NCBI GenBank assembly: GCA_944387565.1
Contig: CALXFJ010000004.1
Coordinates: 5,587-69,586, forward strand
Origin: an uncultured Clostridia bacterium
GTDB taxonomy: Bacteria > Bacillota > Clostridia > TANB77 > CAG-508
Direction: 5' to 3'
DNA: 64,000 nucleotides
This document shows positions 32,460-41,300 of the stretch, one piece after another (the stretch's first letter is position 1; every line of letters starts with the position of its first letter). A model generated the notes under the pieces. The model saw only the letters and a list, made by a program, of their open reading frames with translations. It had not been told where the DNA came from and did no database searches. Both the position numbers and the translations under genes were made by a program.

Positions 32460-32702
32460 ATGAGTTCAGAAGAAATACTAGAAAAAGTAAAAGGAATAAT
32501 TGTTGAACAATTAGGAGTTGCTGAAAACGCGGTTACAATGGAAGCATCTTTTATTGATGATTTAGGAGCAGATTCATTAGATATAGTTGAATTAGTAATG
32601 GCTTTAGAAGAAGAATTTGATATTGAAATTCCAGATGCTGATGCAGAAAAAGTTGTAACAGTTGGAGATGTAGTAGACTATATAAAAGAAAATGTAAAAT
32701 AA
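32460..32702 (+). CDS. acpP: Acyl carrier protein
   Basis: The DLGADSLD phosphopantetheine-attachment motif. Length is 80 aa. Confidence 0.92.
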   Translation: MSSEEILEKVKGIIVEQLGVAENAVTMEASFIDDLGADSLDIVELVMALEEEFDIEIPDADAEKVVTVGDVVDYIKENVK

Positions 32703-32708
32703 AACAAA

Positions 32709-32740
32709 CCTATGAGATATCTCATAGGCATTTTCTTTTT
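32709..32740. terminator. Bidirectional terminator between acpP and the convergent carboxypeptidase gene
   Basis: CCTATGAGAT/ATCTCATAGG is a perfect palindrome flanked by A/T runs on both sides. Confidence 0.8.
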
Positions 32741-33949
32741 CTAAAATAAATAAGAAAAACTATTATTTAATATTGAAGAAAAGTTTTTAAAAATTGAACT
32801 AAAATAATATGAAGGCTTCTTTTTATCAATTGAATTAGTTGTTAATATATCACCTTCTAAGATTGTTCTATTATCAGAATATACCATAAAGGAGCCAACT
32901 TTTAAGTTTGCATTAATTGGAGCTTCTAAATTCTTTTTGAGCTCAAAATTAACTTTGATAAAATTTTTTTCATCTTTTTTAATTGGAATAATAGATGGCT
33001 CGGATGTAGAACATGTAATTTCTAAATTATTGCTAACTCCTTTATTAATTTCAAATAGATTTATATTATTGTTTTTATAATTTTCAAATTCTTTATCAAT
33101 CAAATTTTTAATATCTAGATATTCAAAATTTTCAAAAGTATAATCAATTAATTTCATACTATCTTGAGTTCTAAAATTTTTAGTATCACAGCCAAGAACA
33201 ACACAAATTATATCCATATCTCCTCTTTTACAACTAGTTACTAAGCAACGATTAGCTCCATTAGTAAATCCGGTTTTAACTCCGTAAACACCATCTAAAC
33301 TCCCTAGAAGTTCATTTGTGTTAGTGATGTTTTTGGGATAACCATTAATTGTTATTGTGTAATTCTTAGTTCCTACAATATTTCTAAAAGTAGAATTTTG
33401 AAGTGCATAATCAGCAAGAAGAGCTAATTCATAAGCTGTTGTATAATGATTGTCAGAATCCAAACCATGAGGAGATTCAAAATGAGAATTATTTAAGCCA
33501 AGTTCTTTTGCTTTATTATTCATCATATTACTAAAATTTTGGACACTTCCTGCAGCTGTTTCAGCAAGTGCTATAGCAGCATCATTGCCAGAACAAAGAA
33601 GCAATCCATAAAGTAAATCTCTAATGGTAATTTTATCTCCAGTTTTTAAACCTAACCTTGAGCCACCAGTACCAGCAGCTTTTTTTGAAACAGTAACAGT
33701 TTGGCTTAAATCACAATTTTCTATAATAACTGTTGCAGTCATGATTTTAGTAGTAGAAGCCATTTTTACTTTATTATATTCATTTTTACCAAATATAATT
33801 TTTTTACTATTTCTATCTAAAACAACACAAGAACGAGCATTTAAATTAAGCGAGTTTCCTTCACTTGCAAAACTAATGTCGAAACTAAATAAAAGTATTA
33901 GTATAAAAAGCAAAAAAAATAAATTCTTTATTAGATGTTTAAAAAACAT
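32741..33949 (-). CDS. D-alanyl-D-alanine carboxypeptidase (PBP5/DacB/DacF class, S11)
   Basis: An N-terminal signal/TM segment, SxxK (ASTTK), SxN (CSGND) and KTG (VKTGFT) motifs, and a C-terminal PBP5-C-like domain. Confidence 0.88.
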   Translation of the reverse strand: MFFKHLIKNLFFLLFILILLFSFDISFASEGNSLNLNARSCVVLDRNSKKIIFGKNEYNKVKMASTTKIMTATVIIENCDLSQTVTVSKKAAGTGGSRLGLKTGDKITIRDLLYGLLLCSGNDAAIALAETAAGSVQNFSNMMNNKAKELGLNNSHFESPHGLDSDNHYTTAYELALLADYALQNSTFRNIVGTKNYTITINGYPKNITNTNELLGSLDGVYGVKTGFTNGANRCLVTSCKRGDMDIICVVLGCDTKNFRTQDSMKLIDYTFENFEYLDIKNLIDKEFENYKNNNINLFEINKGVSNNLEITCSTSEPSIIPIKKDEKNFIKVNFELKKNLEAPINANLKVGSFMVYSDNRTILEGDILTTNSIDKKKPSYYFSSIFKNFSSILNNSFSYLF

Positions 33950-34081
33950 ATTACCACCATTTAAAATATATGAAGAAAGATTTATAAATATGAAAATGAA
34001 AAATATTTTGTAAATTTCTAAAGAAAACTACGGAAATCTATGTTTCTAATATAAATTCACATAAAATATTGATTTTACAGC

Positions 34082-34103
34082 AAAAATGTAATATAATTGT
34101 AAT
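34082..34103 (+). promoter_or_regulatory. Two TGTAAT motifs phased 11 nt apart upstream of adhesin gene 1
   Basis: AAAAATGTAAT-ATAATTGTAAT, with TGTAAT at 34087-92 and 34098-103. Confidence 0.4.
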
Positions 34104-34271
34104 GTAGGGTTTATTTTTTACTTTATAGCTAAAAAACGTACTTCCGTAAGGCTTTGTAGAGAGTAAAAAGTTAGTTAAAAAAATACAAAAATTGCCCTAT
34201 TGACTAATATAAAAAAACTAGTAAAATAATATACAGTAGGACATATATAAGTAGAAAAAGGAGAGAATAAT

Positions 34272-37200
34272 ATGAACCGAAAAAATCTTTTATTAAGTGG
34301 TATTGTGTTAATGATATTGATTTTAGTTAGCATATTACCAACTAGTGTAAATGCAGCACAAGCTACTACACCATTATACTTAGGAATAACAGAATTAAGA
34401 AAAAATGATACGCCTAATATGGGTTATGCAATTGGAAACCCTAATGATAATCAAACTTCAGGAAATGCAGCTAAAATTTGGAATATTCTAGAATATACAG
34501 GTCCAAATGATAGTGACCCAGAAAAAGCAAATGGAAATAAAAATATATATTGTGTAAAATCAGGGGTAGGTTTTAGCGATGCAAATAAACGTGCAACTTA
34601 TAACCTTTTCTTTGATATGAAAACAGAAAGAGATAATATAGCAGCATTAAATGATACGCTAAGAAGCATAGTCGAAGGAACAGTTCCAAGTGCTGATGGA
34701 AGTGGAACTGTAAGTAAATACGATGCCTTACTTGCATTATCTGATATGTTATATTTAATTGAAAATCCAATTGATGAACAAGCAAAAGCAGCATATTTAG
34801 AATCAGCAGGAATTGAATCACAAGCATGGGATTATCCTTTAACAAATGATGATATAGCGGCAGTACAACAAGCAGCTATATGGTATTTTACAAACTATGA
34901 TGCAGATAATCCAAAATATGATAAGACTCAGAATACAGGATGGTTAAATTATACACTTGATGGAAATACTTATACTAGTTTATCAGATTATGAACAAGGA
35001 ACAGATGAAGGAATTCAGAGACAACAACAAGCAGAACAATTATATAATTATTTAATAAGAACAGCAAAAGCTAATGCTAATAATTATTCAAATAGTTCTA
35101 CAACTACAAGAGCACCTGCTAAAGTAAATACAACATCATTAAAATATGAAGAATCAGGTTCAGATTATATAGTAGGACCAATTAATATATCAAAACAAAA
35201 TGATTTACCATATACAATAGATTTTATAGTTAAAAATGCTGAAACAGAAACTTCAAATTATAAATTATTAAATAGTAATAAACAAGAAGTACAAGAAGGA
35301 ACAACTGTAAAGGATTTAGTAGGACAAGATTTCTATATTTCTTTACCTAAAGATTCAGTAACAGATATTTCTGTTTCAATTTCTATTAAATATAGTACAA
35401 ATAAACTTACTTTATGGACAGCATCATCAGGAGGAAACCAAACACAACCAGTTATGATACCTGAAAAAGTAGAAGACTCAGTAGATGTTGAGCTAAAAGT
35501 AACACCAGAAGAAAAACCATTTGATTTAGCTTTAAGAAAATACATAACAAAAGTAAATGGTACTGAATTAACAGGAACAAGCTCAAGAGTACCTAATATA
35601 GATGAAAGTACATTAGAATCAGGAACAACAGCTACATATAATCATAAAAAAGACCCAGTTGTAATATCAACAGGAGATACAGTAACATATAAAATTACAA
35701 TTTATAATGAAGGTGAAAAACCAGGAAGAGCAACAAAAGTAGTTGACCAATTACCAACAGGATTAAAATTCTGTAGAGTTGTAAGTGGCAATTTTAATGT
35801 AGACTCATATGATGAAGATACAAATACATTAAACTTAATAAGAAAATCAGAAAATGAAGATAATTTACCAGCATATACAGAAGGTAATTTAAGTTCAGAA
35901 ACAATTGAAATTGAATGTGAAGTAACAGCTGAGCCAGATGAAACAAATAGTAAAGTATTAACTAATGTTGCTTGGATTTCAGAAGAAGTTGATGGAGAAA
36001 CTAATGTAACTATAACAAACCAAACAGGCGCAGATAGAGATTCAGAACCAAGTACAGCACCAAGTGTAAACAAAGATAATATGGAAGACTATACTGGAAA
36101 TGGTAATAAACAAGATTTAACAGATTCAAATTATTATTATAAAGGTTGGCAAGATGATGATGACTTTGAAAAATTAATTTTAATGCCAGAATCATTTGAC
36201 TTAAAATTAATAAAAAGAATTACACAAGTAAATAACCAAAATGTTCCAGAAAGAATTGAAAATGTAGATGTAAGCGATTTAAATACAATTGGAGAAGATG
36301 GAAAGCTTATTACAACAGGAAATTATACATTAAATAAAGAACCAGTTGCAGTTAAAAAAGGTGATATAGTAACATATACATTTAGAATATATAATGAAGG
36401 AACAATTGATGGATATGCTTCAGAAATTACTGAAGATATACCAGATGGATTAGAGTTTATATGGTCTGAAAAAGAGGGAGAAGACTTAGAAAATGATACA
36501 ACATTAACAGAAGCAGAAAAAGAAGCTATAGAATTTAACCAAAATTACCTATGGGGAAATTTCGTTTATGATGAAAGTGGAGAAAGAATAGTACAAATTT
36601 CAACAGATTATTTATCAAAAGAAAATGAAACAGAACCTAATGGAAATTTAATTCCTGCATTTGGAAGTAATGATGGAACAAAAACAGAAGATGATATTTC
36701 ATATAAAGAAGTATCTGTAAAATTAAAAGTTATCTCAGATAATGTATCAGGAACAACAATAAGAAACGAAGCATGTATTTCAGAAGATACAGATGAGAAT
36801 GGAAATCCAGTAGATGATAGAGATTCTGATACAGAAGAATGGGTAAAATATGAAGATGATGAAGATTATGATAATATAGTTTTACAATCATTTGACTTAG
36901 CATTAAGAAAATTCATAATAGCAGTAAGTGATGATGAACAAATAGATGAAAATGAATATTTAACAAATGCAGATGGTTCATATACAAGAGCACCAGTAGT
37001 AGACACATCATTATTAAATACAACAGATGAAAATGGAAATATAATAACAACAGCTATTTATAACCATACAAAAGAGCCTGTATTAGTACAACCAAATGAT
37101 ATGGTAGTATATATGTTAAGAGTATATAATGAGGGAGACCTAGATGGATATGCAGCAGAAATAAAAGACCACTTACCACCATATTTAGAATATGTAGATA

Positions 37201-38192
37201 ATGAATTCAACCAAGAATATGGCTGGGAAGTGTCAAGTGATGGAAGAACTGTAACAACAAGATACTTAGAAAATAGCTTAATAGATGCAGCCCAAAAAAA
37301 TGAAGATGGACAATATGTATTATCATATGTAGAAGTACCAATAATGTGTAAAGTAAAAGAAGATGCAAAAACAAGTGAGAATATAACAAATATAGCAGAT
37401 ATAACAGAATATCAAGATGAAAATAAAGAGCCAGTAACAGATAGAGATTCACAAGAAGATAATGTAAACTTACCAAGTGATGAAGAGTTACCAGGATATA
37501 AAGATGATGAAACAGGAGAATATGTACCAGGTCAACAAGATGATGATGACTTTGAAAAAGTTGTAATAAAGATATTTGACTTATCTTTAAGAAAATGGGT
37601 AACACAAGCAATAGTAATAGATAAAGATGGCAACCAACAAATAACAGAAACAGGACATCAACCATACGATGACCCAGAACAAATAGTAAAAGTAGATTTA
37701 TATAGAAAGAGCATATATGATGTAACAGTAAAATTTAGATATTCTATAAGAGTAACAAATGAAGGAGAAATTGCAGGATATGCAAAAGAGATAACAGACT
37801 ATGTTCCAGAAGGATTAAAATTTGTAGCAGAAGATAATCCAGGATGGACAGATGAAGGAAACAATGTAATCTCAACAAGATTATTAGAGAACACATTATT
37901 ACAACCAGGAGAATATGCAGATGTAGAAGTAGTGTTAACATGGATAAATGATGAAAATAATATGGGATTAAAAGTAAATACAGCAGAGATATCAGAAGAC
38001 TATAATGATTATGATGTACCAGATATAGATTCAACACCAGATAACCAAAAAGAGGGAGAAGATGATATAGATAATGCGCCAGTAATGTTATCAGTAGGAA
38101 CAGGTAGAGCAAAAGTCTACTTTACACTAGGATTTGTAATATTGGTTACAATAGCAGGAGGAGTATTCTTAATTAAGAAATATATACTATAA
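34272..38192 (+). CDS. Thioester-domain (TQXA-type) surface adhesin with four DUF11-like repeat modules and a C-terminal sorting-signal-like anchor
   Basis: Signal peptide ending VNA-AQA. Cys94 in NIYCVKSG (TGT 34551-53) and AVQQAAIWYFTNY (Q200 at 34869-71) match the Cys / TQxA(I/V)W thioester pair. Four modules of the form FDL(A/S/K)L(R/I)K...GD.VTY.(I/F).(I/V)YNEG...GY....I.D..P.GL.F are present. The C-terminus is SVGTG + TM + KKYIL. Confidence 0.85.
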   Translation: MNRKNLLLSGIVLMILILVSILPTSVNAAQATTPLYLGITELRKNDTPNMGYAIGNPNDNQTSGNAAKIWNILEYTGPNDSDPEKANGNKNIYCVKSGVGFSDANKRATYNLFFDMKTERDNIAALNDTLRSIVEGTVPSADGSGTVSKYDALLALSDMLYLIENPIDEQAKAAYLESAGIESQAWDYPLTNDDIAAVQQAAIWYFTNYDADNPKYDKTQNTGWLNYTLDGNTYTSLSDYEQGTDEGIQRQQQAEQLYNYLIRTAKANANNYSNSSTTTRAPAKVNTTSLKYEESGSDYIVGPINISKQNDLPYTIDFIVKNAETETSNYKLLNSNKQEVQEGTTVKDLVGQDFYISLPKDSVTDISVSISIKYSTNKLTLWTASSGGNQTQPVMIPEKVEDSVDVELKVTPEEKPFDLALRKYITKVNGTELTGTSSRVPNIDESTLESGTTATYNHKKDPVVISTGDTVTYKITIYNEGEKPGRATKVVDQLPTGLKFCRVVSGNFNVDSYDEDTNTLNLIRKSENEDNLPAYTEGNLSSETIEIECEVTAEPDETNSKVLTNVAWISEEVDGETNVTITNQTGADRDSEPSTAPSVNKDNMEDYTGNGNKQDLTDSNYYYKGWQDDDDFEKLILMPESFDLKLIKRITQVNNQNVPERIENVDVSDLNTIGEDGKLITTGNYTLNKEPVAVKKGDIVTYTFRIYNEGTIDGYASEITEDIPDGLEFIWSEKEGEDLENDTTLTEAEKEAIEFNQNYLWGNFVYDESGERIVQISTDYLSKENETEPNGNLIPAFGSNDGTKTEDDISYKEVSVKLKVISDNVSGTTIRNEACISEDTDENGNPVDDRDSDTEEWVKYEDDEDYDNIVLQSFDLALRKFIIAVSDDEQIDENEYLTNADGSYTRAPVVDTSLLNTTDENGNIITTAIYNHTKEPVLVQPNDMVVYMLRVYNEGDLDGYAAEIKDHLPPYLEYVDNEFNQEYGWEVSSDGRTVTTRYLENSLIDAAQKNEDGQYVLSYVEVPIMCKVKEDAKTSENITNIADITEYQDENKEPVTDRDSQEDNVNLPSDEELPGYKDDETGEYVPGQQDDDDFEKVVIKIFDLSLRKWVTQAIVIDKDGNQQITETGHQPYDDPEQIVKVDLYRKSIYDVTVKFRYSIRVTNEGEIAGYAKEITDYVPEGLKFVAEDNPGWTDEGNNVISTRLLENTLLQPGEYADVEVVLTWINDENNMGLKVNTAEISEDYNDYDVPDIDSTPDNQKEGEDDIDNAPVMLSVGTGRAKVYFTLGFVILVTIAGGVFLIKKYIL
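37575..38192 (+). repeat. Copy A of a near-identical ~0.62-kb 3' coding segment shared by the two thioester adhesin genes
   Basis: Aligns base-for-base with 43082..43696 apart from scattered substitutions and one codon indel. The encoded ~205 aa are almost identical. Confidence 0.9.
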
Positions 38193-38238
38193 ATATAAGG
38201 AGGGTTTCCTATTTTAGGACATCCTCTTTTTCTTCTTC

Positions 38239-38271
38239 AAAAATGTAATAAAAATGTAATGAAAATGTAAC
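38239..38271 (+). promoter_or_regulatory. Three AAAATGTAA(T/C) direct repeats with exact 11-nt phasing upstream of adhesin gene 2
   Basis: ATGTAAT at 38243, ATGTAAT at 38254 and ATGTAAC at 38265. Confidence 0.5.
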
Positions 38272-38386
38272 AAAAGATGCTAAATGAATATCCGTAAGAG
38301 AGTTTGTGATATCTAATAATTACCAACTAAAAGTTTGGATTATATGTGATATAATATATGTATAAATATAACATGGGGGAAGTATT

Positions 38387-41300
38387 ATGAGAACTAACTG
38401 GAAAATAACTTTTATTTTAATTATAATAGGAATATTATATTTTAGTATTGGAGTAAAGCCTGTAGAAGCGGCAACAATGTCAACACCTAAATATTTTGGA
38501 ATAACTGAATTAAGAACACTTAGTACTCCACATTTAGGATATGCAATAGGTGATCCAGGAACAAATGGAGTTACAGGAGATGCAGCTAAGTTATGGAATA
38601 TAAGAGAGTATAGTAGTAGTACATCAAATGATCCAAAAGAAGTAAATGTCTATTGTGTAAAAGCAGGAGTAGGATTTATGGATGGCGTTAATAAAATTGC
38701 AGAATACAATCTTTCATTTGATATGTATAAGGATAAAGTATCAATTGCTGCGCAAAATAATACGCTAAAGGGATTAATAGATGGGGGTCATTATGATGAA
38801 TTACTAGCATTAGCAAATTTATTATATTTACCAGAAGTAGATGATGAAGAAGATTTAAGGGCATATTTTACAAGAGCTGGAATACATGAAGGAGAGTTTG
38901 ACTCAGAATTGACACTAGATGAAGTAAAGGCAGTACAACAAGCAGCAATATGGTATTTTACAAATTATGGAGAAGAAAACAATAAATATGATAAAACAGA
39001 TGATGATGTTTGGCTAAACTATACAGAAGATGGAATTAGTTATACTAGCTTATCATCATATAATCCAACAAATGTACCAATAGGAGAAAGTTATGGAACA
39101 CAAAGATTGGAACAAGCAAACAGATTATATAATTATTTAATAAATACAGCAAAGGCAAATAGTTCAATTTATACAAATAGTGAAAGTAGTAATAAAAATT
39201 ATAAAACAAAACTAACATTATACTCATCAACAAAAAATAATGGCGAACAACCATTAATGGAAATAGAAAGAGTAAAAGAATTTGACTTATCATTAAGAAA
39301 ATACATAACAAAAGTAAATGGAACAGAAGTATCAGTATCAAGAGTGCCACAAATAGATGTAACAGGGCTAAAGAATCTAACTGATACAACAGCTTCATAT
39401 AAACATAAAAAGGACCCAGTGTTAGTAGGAATAGGAGATACAGTAACATATAGAATACAAGTATATAATGAAGGAGACATAGATGGGTATGTAAATAAGA
39501 TAGTAGACCAATTGCCAACAGGATTAACATTTTCAAAGTTGAATACAAGTGGATATACAGCAAGTTATGATTCATCAAGTAATAAAGTAATAATAACAAG
39601 AGAATCAAGTAATGATGATAAATTAACAGCATATGATGGAGGAAATAGTTTAGATTCAACAACATTAGAACTTGAATGTAAAGTAACATCAACAGAAAGT
39701 AATAAAGTATTAACAAATGTAGCTTGGATATCAGAAGAAGAAACAATAGATGGAAAAGTAATAACAAACGAAGTTGGAGATGATAGAGATTCAGAACCAA
39801 CCACAGCGCCAAATGTAAATAAAGACAATATGGAAAATTATACAGGAAATGGTAATAAATCAGATTTAACAGATTCAAACTATTATTATAAAGGACAGCA
39901 AGATGATGATGACTTTGAAAAATTAATAACAAAGCAAATAACAGGAAGTTATAATATACAATTAGAAAAGGTAGACAAAGATAATAATAGTACAAAGCTT
40001 TCAGGAGCAGTATTTAGTGTAACACTACCAAGACAAAGCGCAACAAATAAAACAACAGGAGCAAATGGATTAGTAGATTTAGGAACAGTAAATATAACAG
40101 ATGTAAATTCAACAGATACAATAACAATTGAAGAAACAAAAGCACCAGATGGATATAATAAAATATTAGATACAATGCAATTATCAGTAACTAAAAAAAT
40201 AGAAAATGGAAGTTATGTAGCAGATAAAGTTTCTATAACATCAGGAGGAGTAGAAGGAGCAAGTGCAACAATTAGTGGAAATACAATAAAAATAGTAGTA
40301 CCAAATAAAAAGATAACAGGAAGTTATAAACTACAATTAGAAAAGGTAGACAAAGATAACCCATCTACAAAGCTAGAAGGAGCAGAATTTAGTATAACAT
40401 TACCAGGAGCAAGTGCTATAACAAGAACTACAGATTCAAATGGATTAATAGATTTAGGAAATGTAAAAATAACAGATATAAGTTCAACAGATACAATAAC
40501 AGTAACAGAAACAAAAGCACCAGATGGATATAATAAGATATTAGGAACAATGACATTACAAGTAAGCAAAAAAGTAGAAGATGGAAGTTATGTAGCAGAT
40601 AAAGTTTCAATAACATCTGGACAAGCAGAAGGGACAACAGCAACTCTTGATGGAAATGTAATAAAAATAGTAGTAGAAGATGAAAAGAAAGAAGGAAACT
40701 ATAAATTACAACTAGAAAAAGTAGATAGTAAAGATAATAGTAAGAAACTACAAGGAGCAGAATTTAGTGTAACACTTCCTGGAAAAGCAGCACAAACAAT
40801 GACAACAAATTCAAGTGGATTAATAGATTTAGGAACTGTTGAAATAACAAATGTAAGTTCTAAAGACACAATAACAATTGAAGAAACAAAGGCACCAGAA
40901 GGATACAATAAAATTTTAGATGCTATGACAATAGAGGTTGAAAAACAAGATTTAAATGGAGCATATTCATTAAAAAATGCAACAATAACTTCAGGGCAAG
41001 TTAATGGAACAAGTCTTACTATAGATGATAATACTATAAAAATAACAGTTGCAGATGAATTAATAACAGGAAATTATGGATTACAACTAGAAAAGGTAGA
41101 TAGTAAAGATAGTAGCAAGAAATTACAAGGAGCAGAATTTAGTGTACTATTACCAGGAAAGCAGGCTGCAACTAAAACAACAGATGAAAACGGATTAATA
41201 GATTTAGGAACTGTTGAAATAACAAATGTAGGAACAAAAGATACAATAACAATAGAAGAGACAAAAGCTCCAAATGGATATAACAAAATATTAGATACAA

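Noticed and set aside
33624-34013. 129-aa + strand ORF opposite the carboxypeptidase gene.
   Set aside because: It is antisense to the conserved SxxK-containing N-terminus of the PBP5-type gene, with no RBS.
33950-34271. c-di-GMP riboswitch upstream of the adhesin genes, as seen for some C. difficile sortase substrates.
   Set aside because: I could not recognise GEMM-I/II conserved cores by eye. Only the TCCGTAAG/TGTAAT motifs are shared. An Rfam scan would be needed.
38265-38296. ECF-sigma-type promoter, TGTAAC ... CGTA, upstream of adhesin gene 2.
   Set aside because: The spacer is 21 nt rather than the 16-17 nt typical of sigma-W/X/M-type promoters. The gene 1 region does not reproduce the geometry.
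39045-39995. Long minus-strand ORFs antisense to the big + strand genes. Examples are 39045..39995, 61606..62217, 6748..7242, 7567..8163, 56803..57363 and 9804..10325.
   Set aside because: They are L/F/Y/S/H-rich translations of the pyrimidine-rich complement of a purine-rich coding strand, where stop codons are rare. They have no RBS and fully overlap well-supported genes.
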